Shown: positions 13,431 through 26,629 of the stretch, one piece after another
How positions within the stretch are numbered: position 1 is the first letter of the stretch
Layout: the number at the start of each line of letters is the position of its first letter
Source: Vicugna vicugna
Lineage: Eukaryota
NCBI GenBank assembly: GCA_013265495.1
Contig: MU058198.1
Coordinates: 2,864,419-2,928,418, forward strand
Reading direction: 5' to 3'
DNA length: 64,000 nt
The notes under the pieces: model-generated
What the model was told of the DNA's origin: nothing
Database searches by the model: none
Seen by the model: only the letters and a program-made list of their open reading frames with translations
Program-made: the position numbers and the translations under genes

Positions 13431-13681
13431 CTGGGCCTTTTCTCTAAGTCAAGCCTGGAGCACAGCTCATTCATCCAGCTCCTCCAGGCCCGATGGGGCG
13501 GCTTTGGGGCTGGCCTGGGAGGGCAGTGAGGGCGTGCAAAGACTACCTGGGTGAAAGCAAGGGGGTGGACTAGGTTCTTGCTGGCAGAGGCTGGGAAGAT
13601 CAGTGGGACATCCTCTTTCTGAAACACAGTCTGAGAGGGTCAGCTCCCTGCTTAAGCTTCACGTCTGAAATAAATCCAAAC

Positions 13682-13973
13682 TAGAGGCTAATGGGACATC
13701 AGATATGTTTTTGCTTGGCCAGCATGAGGTTTTGAAATAATTTCCAACATTTCAAACTTGAGAGTGTTCATATGAAAATATGCATTTCCAACTTACTAAA
13801 AAGAAAAGAAATGGAAACTTGATCCCGCCAAGCCTGCACTCCAGCATGGCAAAAATTTGTGGCCACCTTTGAATGGGTCTTGTACTCTTCGGTTTTCCAG
13901 TCCCCACCTGGTCCCTCTCACTGATTTATATCATCTATCTGACCCCTGTAGGCATTTGAGTTTGCAGCCCTGC
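13682..13973. mobile_element. hAT-Charlie non-autonomous element (MER102/MER58-like); related copies at ~41040-41280 and ~55010-55345
   Basis: Shared text: tgaaaatatgcatttcca...ggcatttgagtttgcagccc versus taaaaatctagacttctag...gcatttgagtttggaacc. Confidence 0.5.
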
Positions 13974-15394
13974 TTTGGGTGTATACTGTGGCCTCATAAT
14001 AAATTCTGAACCCTCCAGCACCATTTCCAAGACAACCCCAGTGACAGTTTGGGGATCATCTGCTTCTCCTCCCTCAACCTCTGCACAAGACTCACAGAGC
14101 TGCTTTTCTTGTCCCCTTTAAGTCTCCATGCCTTGTTTGGAATGTCCCCCGACATGTTCTCTAACTAGCGGAAACCTCTGCTCTTATAAGACTTCACCCA
14201 AGTGTCGCTCAGTTGATGTTTGTGCTGCCTTCCCAACCAAGCTGAGTTATCTGCTTGCTCGTTCACTTGATAGTTTGTACGTGTCTCAGTTCCAGCTTTT
14301 ATCACACAAGATTATTGTTATTTATTGTGTAAATACCGGTCTTGACCATAGACCATGAACTCCTTGAGGGTCAAGGTTGTATCTTGCTCACATGTAGTAG
14401 GCACACAGCAAATGTCTGCTGGATGGATGTGTGAGTGGGTAGATGGATGTTGGAGGTCTGGTGGCATGGACAGGAATGTCCCGCCGAACTACACTTCTGG
14501 AATACTTTCTAGATAGCTTCATAGTACCCACAGGTGGCTGGGAGAGATTGCTGAACCCCATGGAGCCACTTGGCTCTGCCTGCCCTTCAGGCATCATGGA
14601 AGTTTCCTGTAAATAAGAGTCTGACTTAGAAGGCTTTCAAAAGCCTAAGACATTAGCTCTGTGTCTTAGCCCATCTTCCCACTGCAAGCATCTTAGGAGA
14701 TCAAATGACTGAGACCATGGTACTAAGAATCCAGTTCTGAGAGTCTGTACATCCCCCGTGGGAGTGGAGAAGGGACGCAGGGGCCAGTGGGAGCTGCTAC
14801 TGCGCCCTGAACCTTTGGTGACCAGAAGGATGAGCTGTATGTGGACATTAACGAATTGCCCTTATACATTCCCCATCCAAAACTATTTGTGTCCTGTGAT
14901 CCTGGACCACGTGGTGGCTGAGGCTGCATCCACAGGGAGACAGAATTACACTGGGACACAGAAGAAACACCCAAGAAAAAAATCAGTGAAATTTGCTTGT
15001 TTATCTCAATTAAGGAGAATCTAGTCAGAATTGATGAAAATTCTAAATTTTGTGTGCACACATGCAGCTTTACACCTTTGCATTAGAAGCGGTCTCAGAC
15101 CTCCCAGCCTGAGTGGCCTCTAAGTATTCATGAATAGGTCAGAGTCTCTTGTAATTAGCATATCAATCATCACATGCAAATGAAAGATGCTGAAGTATCT
15201 TAAAAATCCTAATTTAAACGAGTGAAATCTGGTGTACACACGAGTCTGCTCAGCAAACTCTGATTTTTAATCCAGTGCAAATGTACCCTTTCACCCAGGC
15301 TGCCCCGGGGCAAACTTGCACAAGTTCCAAATTAGTACTGTTTAAATATATGAAATCTGACTATTCGCTCAGACTGAAAAGGCTCCTCTGGGGG

Positions 15395-15438
15395 TATGTG
15401 TGTGTGTGTCTGTGTGTGCGCCTGTGTATGTCTGTGTG
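15395..15438. repeat. (TG)n microsatellite
   Basis: Imperfect TG dinucleotide run. Confidence 0.85.
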
Positions 15439-18074
15439 AAGCGTGTTTCTCCCTAACAGTCCCAGGTGCACAGAGATTGCAAAATACCAGAGAATCGGGT
15501 CCCTTCCATCCTGCAGCTCACGATTCACAGTGGCTCATTGCACCAGCAGGAAGGGGGTGCAGGAATCAGTGGAGACCCCGCAAAGGAGAACACACAGAGC
15601 CTACTTCCTGACTCAGAGCTTGCCAGAGCAAGGAGTCTTGTGTTGGGAAGGCTTCATGCTGTTGGCAGGGGGAAGCTGGAGGCGGGCTAACTAGAAGTGG
15701 GCATCCTATGTGATTGCTTTGTGAGCATACGTGACTTCCTCTGCTTGGTCCTGAGTTGGAAGCAGGGACATAAACAAAGGAAAGCTGGCATATCGTTGAC
15801 CAAATCCTGACCATTCGGGGCCAGTTGCTCCACAGGTATAGGCGAGAGTTCTAGTGTCATGTATGGTCTGGCCATTGTCCATTCACATATTCAATCTCTT
15901 GGGAGCAAAAGGGGGCGCCGGCAGATCAAGGCTCTTCCATTCAATGCTGCAACGTCCTTAAAAAAAAAAAAAAAGGTTGCAACATGCCTTTGACTCACAG
16001 CTTCCTCATATTGTGCATGGTGCCCCCTAGAGTTGTGCAAGGGTAGTGGTACTATTTTTGTGCACATCCCCTTGAGTGGAACTCTTGGTCACACCTGGAT
16101 GCCAGGGAAGCAGGGAAATGTAATTTCATTTTGGTGGCACAGGGCTCAGCTAAAACTGGGGTATTCTATGAAGAAGGGGAGAGTGGATATTGGGGGACCC
16201 CCAGCTGCCTGGGGCACAGAACCTTATCTGCGTATCAAAGCTTCCAGACAGATCTGGGTCTCTGTGCCTGAGTGTCAGGCTGTGAGTATATTCCCCTATG
16301 CCGGTCGGAATGTGACTTTGCTTATGTCTAAATACAGTGTGTCATGGGGGAAAGCACAACTTCAGAAGTCTAGAATCTGCATCCTACCTCCACTCTTCCC
16401 TCGCTGTATGATCTTGGTCAGATTGTCTAACTGCTCTGAGCTAGTTTTATCATCAGTAAACCAGGAGAGAAATTGTAACTATGATAAGGGGTTTGTTGCG
16501 AGGACTAGGTGAGAAAGTACGTGACTGACACGTCATAGGTGCTTGATTTGTGTTCCCTTTGTTTTCACTGATTTGGTTCCTGGCAGTGGAATCTATCTCA
16601 GTGGAATCTACCCCTCTTGTCAGCTCATAACTGGCAATTTCCTCTACCCCATCTCTTTCAATGTGCCTTGGAATTCAGTCACTCTCACAACCCGAGAGTA
16701 AGTGGCTGAGTCTAAACTGCTGAGCTTCAGGGTGTCTGGTCTAATAAACCCAATACCCGTTACCCCCAGGGTAGGGTGATCACTTCCCCTGATTTTCCCA
16801 GGACAGACCCAGCATATACCTGTTGTCCTGGAGTCATTGTTAGCTTTGCTCCATCCACTCTCAACATGGCTCCAGTTTGGATGGTAAATCCCCGGGTGTC
16901 CTTGTTGCCTGCAGACCAAAACTGTCTCGGTGTCCTGCTCCTGCTGGCCGAGACCCCCAGTCCAGTCTTCTCCTGGCTTGTCTTTGGTTCTGACCATTTG
17001 GTGTAACTGTTACTCTGATCTCACCCTGAACTCCAGCAGCAGCTTATTCCTCCCAAAAAAGCTGATCCTTGAGCTACCATGCCTGGCTCCATCTCATCAT
17101 CCTGTTCTCTGCTCAAATATCTACCTAGAGTTGCCCTTCCTTCCGCCGGTCATTCTCTGTCTTGTAATTCCCCTTTCCTTCCATTGGAGCACATAACACG
17201 ATCTGGCATTATATGTTAGTTTATTAGTTGATACCTGTCTCCTCTGTGGGTCTGTAAGTTCCATGAAAGTAGAGACTGTGTCCGTCTTCCGCAGCACAGT
17301 GCCTTGTATACAGTAGGTGCTTAATAACTATTTGAGTAAATGAATGAACTACTGGGGCTTTGCGTCCTCAGCGCTTAACCCTGAGTTGCTCAACGCCAAG
17401 AAAGGAAGTACCTAAGCTCTACATTCTTCCTGGGATCCCTTGGGTCTCTTGGAGTCTTTATTACCATTACTAGAATGTACAGCACCTATGTGAGAGTTAG
17501 AACAAGGCACTCCCCCTTGGCAGATAAATGAGAAAATGCTGCCCTTTGGGACAGGCAACTGGGATCAAGGATTAGGGCACTGGGCTAAATTCTGGTCCCT
17601 GGATTGGATCCTAGATCCATCTCCACCACACCCCAGTCCAGAGGCTACTCTCAGGTTTTCCATCAATTCAGAGTGTACCAGACACCTGCCTACCCAGTAC
17701 TAAGGGCAGAAGTGCAGATCCACTCTTTCTCCAGGGCCCCCAGTCAGCTTAGATGCCTTCTCTAGGAGACATATGTGATCTCTTCCTCTCTGCTCACCTT
17801 CCAGTGCCCAGCACTGGAGATCAGAAGAACCAATTCAGGTAGATAAATGTATGCTCCAGGGGGCCCCTCGCACTCTGACGATGAACTTGGCTCTTGATAA
17901 ACTTGGCTTCCTGATAAATAAAGAGAATGTGTTGCTTTTGTCATTTGGAAGAAAGAAAGGGAGTGAGAAAGAGAAAGAAGGAAAGATTGAAAACATATAT
18001 ACCTCAGCCCCTAAAACAAACTTAGAGCAAAATGTATCCCATTTTTCTAGTGTGAACTGGAAATATGACTGTGC

Positions 18075-18570
18075 TATTTAGGAACTATATTCCTAACTGC
18101 TTTTTATTGACAACAGTGGCTTAAACGAATTAGAGATTTATTCTCTCAAATGAAAGAAGTCTGGAGTCAGACAGTCCAGGGCTAGTAAAGCAGCTCCATC
18201 ATGTTAACAAGGACTCAGGCTCCTTCTGTCTTTCTGCCACATCATCCTTAGTCCATTGGCTCTCATCCTCATGGTCCAAAATGGATGCTGATGCTCCAGC
18301 CACCACATCTATGTTTCAGTCAGAAAGAAGAAAAGAGGTAAAGCAAAAATAAAAACAAAAAGCACTCCTCGTAACCAAGTCAATCCCATTTGAGATTTCC
18401 CAGATATTCTACCCAGTAACTTATACTTAGATCTCATTGACCACCTTTAGCTGAAAGGGAGCCTAGAAAATATAGTCTCTTAGCTGAACATATTGTCTCC
18501 CTGATAATCCAGGATTTTGACACTAAGGAACGTGACAGTGGATGTTGAGAAGGCAATTAACAGTCTGTAA
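18075..18570 (-). mobile_element. MaLR LTR (MLT1J/K-like)
   Basis: acagtggcttaaac...gacagtccagggct...ggactcaggctccttctgtctttctg...gctccagccaccacatct. Confidence 0.6.
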
Positions 18571-18764
18571 CAATGAATCTCCAACACTTTGAAAGGGATT
18601 ACTTAGGGATTACTAATACATTCCAATTTAGGGATTATTATATATTCCAAGTAATCTTCAAATTGTCCCACAACCATCTTTTGAGACCTTCAACTTGTCT
18701 CCTTATCCCTTCCACTTGACCTCTCACAGCAAATGCCTCCAGAGCCAACTTCCCCGAGCCTGCA

Positions 18765-18962
18765 TTTCCAGCTAGTAAATCAGCTCTCTGAGGGACTAGG
18801 GTGTGGGGCAATGAGGTAGACACCTGATCTATAGCATCTGCCCATTTCCCTGGTGTAAACGCACCCACCATGGGCAATTTCAGGCTATCACTGTGACATC
18901 ACTGAAGGCAGAGTCTGAACCCTCTCTCCAGAGGCTGCTCCGTCAGCTCTGGCACACTGCTG
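18765..18962. mobile_element. hAT-Blackjack element (MER63A-like)
   Basis: ctggtgtaaacgcacccaccatgggcaatttcaggctatcactgtgacatcactgaa ... gctctggcacactgctg resembles the MER63A consensus as recalled. Confidence 0.65.
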
Positions 18963-19479
18963 TAAAACCCCTCGCTCCCTGCCTGCCTAGTCAGGAAACA
19001 CCTGAGAAAATAAATCAGGGGACCTGCAGCCTTGTTATGCACTAGTGCCTGGATTGAACCTGAGCTCTGGCACTGGACCAAGATGCTTTCAACACTTCTA
19101 CAATGAGTCAGATTACACTTCATCCGATGATGTGAAGGAGTCACGTCATACGAGCATTCAATTCACCTAAATTCAATTATGTTCTATCAGAGAGAGAGAA
19201 GGAAAGAGGTAATGTAAATAGTGTGAGCAGTTCTGTCCGCCATTTTGGTCATGGCGGTGACCATGAGAAGACACCAGTCTCTTCCATCCCCTCCATCTTC
19301 GCATGCCCATGCCTGTGTGAGCATTTCTTCTCCCTGACTGTGATGTTAATGTAGATTATTACCTATGCTTCACCCTCCATGGCCCCTAAATGCAACCCAG
19401 CTACTTCCTCAGATGCTCAGCTGGATAAATAAGCAAATCCATAGCAATGAGGGAAGACGGAAGTGGTAGTGTTAGATTA

Positions 19480-19676
19480 CTGTATATAAAATAGATAAGC
19501 AACAAGGACTGACTGTATAGCACAGGGAACTATATTCAATTTCTTGTAATGAGCTGTAATGGAAAAGAATCTGGGAAAAAAATGGATGTATGTGTATAAC
19601 TGAATTGCTTTGCTGCACACCTGAAACTAACATTGTAAATTGACTACACGTCAAAAAACAAGAATTTTTTTTTAAA
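19480..19676 (+). mobile_element. Short L1 3'-end insertion with 19-bp TSD
   Basis: L1 3' UTR text (aacaaggactgactgtatagcacagggaactatattcaa); TSD aagtggtagtgttagatta (19461-19479) / aagcagtagtgttagatta (19677-19695). Confidence 0.88.
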
Positions 19677-22600
19677 AAGCAGTAGTGTTAGATTAGGAGG
19701 ATTTTCCCAGGCAGTTTTGCAACTGTGACTTTGTCACATGACTTGTTGACGTTAGAACCCAATCTCTGAGTAAGAGGCAACTCCACTTTATTGCCTCCTA
19801 CCACTTAGCACCCACCCACTGTGTACAAACACACACACATACACACACACAGACTCAGACTACAGGAGGAGGGACCAGACCAGGAATGAAAGGAGCAAGA
19901 GAAAAGCAGGAGAGGATGCAAGAGCTTCCAGCATCTTTTTAATTCCTACATCAACCTTCCTCCTGCTGGGGGCACATGGTTGACGCCCCTTCCTCGCTCA
20001 GCAGAGTGTTTGGCAGAGACACACCCAGCGGGCATGTGTGTGACTGACATTTATTTTCCTCCCAGGTGTCTTGAAGGGCTGGAGATGAGTCTGTGTGACT
20101 GACACGTGTCAGGCTGATCCACGTCTAACCAGAATATGATTGACGACACACGACTAATTGGATCACAGCTGACTGACATATGCTTTGTGAGCATGGCCCA
20201 CCCTGCACACATCAGCCCCAGAGCTTGTCTGACTGACAGATGCTCAGTCTTGCAGTGGAGCTGGCGTCTCGCCATCTGCGATAGGCCTGCAGTCCTGCCC
20301 TCAGGCTTCTGGGAAGGGGCTCTGTTCCCCGGTAAGCCTGGAGCAAAGGATGCATTTGTAGCTTGGCTGCAACAGCTCCTCAACCCCTGGCCGTCCTTCC
20401 ATGCTGGGCATCTGGCTCTATCGGAGCCCAGGATGAGCCCTGCAGTTCACTCTACCCAGATCTGAACCTGGTCCTAATGGGGTCAGTTCTGGACTCCTCA
20501 AAGTGGCGTTAAAGGCATCTCATGCCACCTTCAGAGTCTTGAACCCTCTCTCCAGAGGCTGCAGCCATTCAGAGGCCTTGGACAGAGGCATAGCGAGAGG
20601 ACTCTGGGCCACATGGAGACACAAAGATGAAATGGCAGAGGCAGAATATCCAGGGAAACAAAGGTACAAGTACAAGTATATAGCAATTAACCTTTTGGGA
20701 AAATTTGGCAGCAAAATGGCCCCCAGGTAACTGAGTGAATGAAACTTTGAGTAGGACGATTTAACATTCCCTATGTGGATGTCAAGATTTTTTTTTTTTG
20801 CCAAATGCAGGTTTTCTTTTTGGCATAATTCACACTTAGCTGGTTCTACCTGGCACCATTGAGCCAACAGGTTTGGCTGTTTTCTGATGTCTCCTGGAAC
20901 CTGTGAATGCAACCTTAACCTCCAGTGGATAAAAGTACACTAGCCCCTTGTTTGTTGTGGCAATAGGACATGCTTCTAGTTCACCGAGAAACTGCATCAA
21001 ATTATTGAAGGACACAGCCTTATTTCACTCCATTTAAAAAAAAATAGAATTTGCTCTCCTACCTACTCTGATTCTCACAGTGAATTTAGAAAAAAAAAAA
21101 AGAGAGAGAGAGAGAGGGAGGGAAAGAGGAGAGAGAATTAAAAGCCTTGGATCAATACTATTAAGATCATATGACTTGACCCATAAATGATTTATATATA
21201 TGAAATCAAAGCCAATAATATATCAAGGGTCTCAGTTGATTCGTTCAAACCACTCTCTGTTGAGTGAAACAGAATCAAACCATGATCAATGGTCAAATAA
21301 CCGAACTGAAGCTGCCTTAGGCGAACATTAGGACAAGAGACCCTGACCTGCAGTTTGCGAAGATGAAATGGGGCACTGAGATTTCAGGGAACATTCATTA
21401 GCCCAGTGTTTCCCAAACTCCAGACATTTGAGCATCATCTTTACAATTCTGCCATTTCCATGTATTACCCCTGTTATTACCTTAATCTTTTTTTAATCAT
21501 CTCCTTTTTGTTCACTTAAATTTATTTTAAGAGGAAAGAAATCTTATGTTTCTATTATACGTGGAGAGTCAGCTCCACTAACCCTAATAAATTAAAATAC
21601 AGAATACAGCTGCTGCCATGAAGGGACGTCTTTTCCCCATTTCTCTGGTTTCAAAGATAAGATATTTTTATAAAACACTTTTAGATTCTTGTCCACCCTT
21701 TCGCCTCTTCCCAGAAGACTGAGAATTTACCTGGTTGGTGGGCACACTCTTGGTCCATGTGTCTTGATTGGATGGGTAGAGCTAATTTATCAAAAATTTT
21801 TTTAGTCTCTTTCGGCTCTTTTTCCTTCTCTCTCCACCCAGACTGGAGTCAGGTAGTGGTCTGGGTCAGTGGGTCTGTTCCTCAGACTCATTTCCCCTGA
21901 GGTGGGCTTCCCAGGGTGCCAGTGGGGTGGGGAGGACAGTAGTAAGGCCCCCTTGACGCTAACAAAGTCAGGAGTCAGCCTAGTCTTTGCCATAATGTCA
22001 TTGTAATCGCCCATCTGCCTTGTGCCTTTCTCTTTTATCCTCAGTTTGTTCAGAATTCAAAGAATAAAGTTGTACCTTATTGGATCTTAACAAATATTTT
22101 TAAATGTTTAAAATTATCAGTGTGCCTCCTAAAATCCTCTTACATGCCAACAGTGAGGCATTCATCTCCAAACAGATTAGAGAGACCCAGAATAGGGTCA
22201 ATTACCCTTCGCATTTACCTTGATGGATTCTATTCAAAGAGTTAATGATAATCATTTGTAAGAATTGGGGTACTCAAAACTAAGAGCAAAATCTCAGGCA
22301 TTCTGATGATCAAATGTTTTCTCCAGAGGCAGGGTGATACTCAAAAGACTGAAAAAAACCACAGGGGGATAGTCAAAAGATTCAAAAGCCAAAGATTTAA
22401 AAAATACAAACATTGTCTGTGGCCAATGAGAACAGATTCTAGCCATGTGGAACCAGGGTGGCCTCCTTCAGCCTGGGATGCTGCCAAGTCCTTAAGGGTC
22501 TGCTACCCTGGGTGAGCTCTGCAGACCAGCACCATCAGCATCTCCTGCGAGCTCTTAGAAATGCAGATTCTCAGGCCCCCGCTCCAGAACAAATAGGGCA

Positions 22601-23893
22601 ATGGTTAACATTTGTTAAACTTCTACAGTGGGTACATGACGGGCTGTTGTACTGTTTTTCATATGTTTGAAAATTTGAAATTAAAAGATAAAAAAATCTA
22701 TTAAGTAAAAATATGGGTACCCAATTGAGATAAGAAAAATTACAAGGAAAAGAATAAAAGTCATCCGTTATTTCACTGCCCAGATAGACCTTTGAGTATT
22801 TATCCTTTTCTTGTTAAAAAGGAAATTTAAAGTTTATCTTTTTATTATAATTATTTAAGCACGCGCTTTTAATTCCTCTCCTTAAGAAATCCCAATATAA
22901 ATGGTCACACACACAAAAAATGAAAATGGGTAGGTTGGGGAAGCACTGAGAAATAGGAATCTTGTCAAGCAACAAGCCTAATGTGGGATGCCCACGAAGA
23001 ACCCCAACTCAGAGAGATGGGGACAGGACAGGACATGGGCCCGTGGAGCCGGTGGCCCTGACAAGTCCCTGGCAGCAGGCCAGGCCACTCGAGGCATTTC
23101 CGCAGTAAGCTCCTAATGAGGGCACTTAGAGGGGAGGGCAGTGCCCTGCTAACTTCTGCTGCCAAAATAAACTCAGAAAGGAAACTGCTTTGCTCAGCAG
23201 AAAACTTCTCTCCCGCAATGCTGACTCTCCCGGAAATTCACTTCCTACTCATCACAGGCGACCAAAACCCCGATCCAGCAAAAGAAAACTTAGAAAAACA
23301 CAAGCTTCCCCATCTCCCCTTTGTCTGAGACGAAAAGATCCAACAAGGGCCCGTGGGCTCTCTGACAGAACCTACTTTTTTAAAACTCAGGAACGGACAA
23401 GATTTCCCTCTATAAAGATGCTCAGGGACAGAAAAATTACCGGGAGAAGGGATGCAGGGGGAGAAAAAACTAAGAGAAGATTCAGGAGTTTAAATAAAGA
23501 TTATGCTTAGATGTAAGCCAAGAAAAATGAGAAAGCTTTTTACAGTTCTTATTTCATATTTTCTTGTGATTTTTAAAAGGCCTTACATTTTATAAAAAGG
23601 CAGTAATTAAGAAATACTGTTTTTAGCCCAAAGAAGGCATAAGTTAGGTTAAAAGGACAGGCTTTGGATTTGGACCACCTGGGTTTAAATGTGGCTCTGC
23701 CGTCTGTTAGCTACGTGAGCTTGTCTCCGCACCTCAGTTTCTTCATCTGCAAAACGGGCTGGTAAGGGTAGTCCTCACCTCGCAGAATTCTCCAGAAGAT
23801 TGGTGTGATGATATATGCCAAATGTTCGGAAAAGCAGTTACTAAATATTACATACCCTTTTTGTCATTTAAAAAAAAAACTTATCAAATTAAA

Positions 23894-24041
23894 GGAGGGG
23901 AAGGTATAGCTCAAGGGGTAGAACACATGCTTTGCATGCATGAGATCCTGGGTTCAATCCCCGGTACCTCCATTAAAAAAAAAAAACTAATAATAAATAA
24001 ATAGATCTAATGACCTCGCCCCCCTCCAAAAAAAAAATTTT
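23894..24041 (+). mobile_element. tRNA-Ala-derived SINE (Vic-1-like)
   Basis: A and B boxes, A-rich tail with ctaatgacctcgcccc spacer, TSD aaaaaaacttatcaaatt on both sides. Confidence 0.9.
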
Positions 24042-26629
24042 AAAAAAACTTATCAAATTTTAGAATGCAATGGACAACTTCTGGTTTCTAGAGGGTGAAT
24101 TTAGCCTACATGTTTATCGCTCTGTTCCATCCCAAAACATCACTGCAATGGCAAAAGCAGAAATCTTAGTAACCCTGGAAAAGGGAGAACGCTACCACCA
24201 ACAGACAAGAAGTTCTGAGGAGTTCCTGGAAGACGTGAAAAGGATGCAGACAGACGGGCAGACGATTCCGTCAGGGCTGAGCAGTCCCTGCTCTGCTGCA
24301 AGGCTGGACTGCCCTGCCCAAGGCTCCTTGCCTGGCCCACCCCTCACTGGAAGTAGAGGAATGGAAGAGGGGTGCGCGTTGCCCACTTGGGTGCTGATAA
24401 AGAATGGAATAAGCACTTTAGAATTTTTTAGTATTTCCTTGGATCCACGGTGTGTACTGATTTTTCCTTCAGAGGTAGGCGCTGTTGGCAGGAGTTACAC
24501 AATGTGTGTGTCTGTGCGGGTTGGGGTGAGTAGGAGGAGAGGTGGGTGTGCGCACATGCCTGTATTTGCATTCCAGGTCCTCAGGCACAGCCATGTCCGC
24601 TCCTTTCTGTGGAAGGTGACCAGATGGGAATTTGAGGAGCAGTACAGAGAGAAGCCCTCCATCCATCAAAGACAAAGGCAGCTGTACTTTGTGGGAGAAC
24701 ACGTAGTTAAAACTCCTAGGCTCCTGTCTTCATCCCTCCGGGGTCCATTCATCTTCCCCAGAGCAAGAGGACTCAAAGAGACATTGTTGACTGTTAATAA
24801 TTTCCATAATCCTCAGTATCAGCGACTAACCCAGCAACCTACTCCACATAAGCAATAATAATTTATAGTTGCAGTTAATGGGCTGTTTTATAGGAACCCA
24901 CAATTATAATTGGATGTCAAGTGTTGTGAATCTCAGCGGATAGAAAGCAACAACCACTGGGGCCTGGTGTTTAATTTTTTAATGTGATTATTAAATTTCC
25001 CGTCTCCTTGCTCTTCCATCTTCTCTCAATGTGGCTTCCAGCTGTGGCCCCGTCTTTGTCCGTGCTGTCTTCTCTGGCCCAGAATCTTGACCTTTACCTC
25101 TGTAAGCCTGTTTCTGGACCAATGGCTTTTTTACTGAGCATGGGCAGAAAGCCTGGACCCTGCAGAAATAGGGTTGCTACCAACCTTTCTGATTGGGAAC
25201 CCACACCCCCACCCCTCCACTCCCATGGTGGTGGGAGAAAAATAAACCCATCCAAGAAAGCGTCTCAAGTCCCCAAGTTTCTCATCTCACTTTGCACAAA
25301 GAGAACCCCACAACACTCAGCCGGGCAGCCTGAGCCCATCCAGAAGGTGACCACGGGGAGCACCTGGCTCCTTCAACCCCGTGGCCACAGGCAGTCAGAA
25401 TCTGTCCTTAGGGTTCTCCTGTTCTAGAGTCTAGGACACAGATTAACTCAGGACTCACCAATAGCAAGTGTCAGGCAAGTGGCATAGTTATTTGGGGAAG
25501 CGGCAGATACATTCAAGAACCATGCAAAGCATGCTTTTATATGTCCGCTCCTGGGTGAGGAGGAAGAATAAACTTCTGCTAATGAAGGTGAGGAAGACTT
25601 CCCAGGAGATGATATGTTAGGGGATGGTTGAGCAAGAGAAGGAAAGAACAATCAGAGAGGGGCTGGCAGGATGTCACTATCTGGTGGTGGCCCTGAGTCC
25701 ACCTGCCTCATCCATCTCAGATCCCAGCCCAGCTAAGAAGCCAGTATCCAAAGCCAAGTACAGAGCCTAATGGAGCACAAACTTCGTCCCAATCCTCGCC
25801 AAAGTCGAAGCTAGACAAGGACCCAACAATTTCCAGGACAATTCAGACACAAACTAAAATCTAATTTAAGTATAACCCTAAAGCGCTCTCCATAACCCAT
25901 TCTAGAACACTGCAAACCCAGAACCCAGTGGAAGAGTAGCCTTGAATTCAGTCCTGCATAAAATCCATAACCAGGACCCAAGCCCCTGTCAGGATGAGGA
26001 ATGAGGTGGGGAGTCAAAGGCATCAAGTTATTGGAGACCATCATCCATTCCTCATTCCCTGAGCCCAGAACCCTCTGACCCAGCATTTCTCTACTAAGAG
26101 AGGTCACACTCAGAATAGACTTGTCTCACAGCACCCAAAACACCCAATTTTACACAGTCTTCTCTTTCACAGGGGACAGAAGTTGTCTGTCCCCATTCAA
26201 CTAGGAAATCCCAAGCTTAGCACAGGGCCCAGCAAAATAAATCCTCACTTGATGACTAGGTGGAAAACACATGGGGTTGACCAAGGAGAAAGTGGTCTGT
26301 GAGCCCGTCAGACCTAGGTGAGAATTCCTCCTCTGCTACTTCTTAGCTGTGTGACCACCCGCATGTCCCTTCCCCTCCTTTTGCTGTGAAATGGTGTGAA
26401 GACAAGTGAACAGTGAATCTAAACCATCTGGCACACAATGTTGGTTTCCTTTTCCTTTCTCCAAGGGCAATGCCTCTGAGGATGGTATTAGATAATATTT
26501 ATTTTTTCCTATCCATCACCGAGCACAGACTCCTCAGAGGGTTTCAGATTCCTAGAGTCCTTGTGACCTGCTGAGTCTGCCTCAGCATCCTGCTGCCCAA
26601 CATTCCACTGTGCACCTTTCCAGCTTTCT

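Noticed and set aside
16584..16612. Short tandem repeat cagtggaatcta x2 (period 15)
   Set aside because: Ordinary micro-duplication with no further structure.
24070..24858. 262-aa ORF
   Set aside because: No domain, coding-like codon bias or splice context recognised; treated as a chance ORF.
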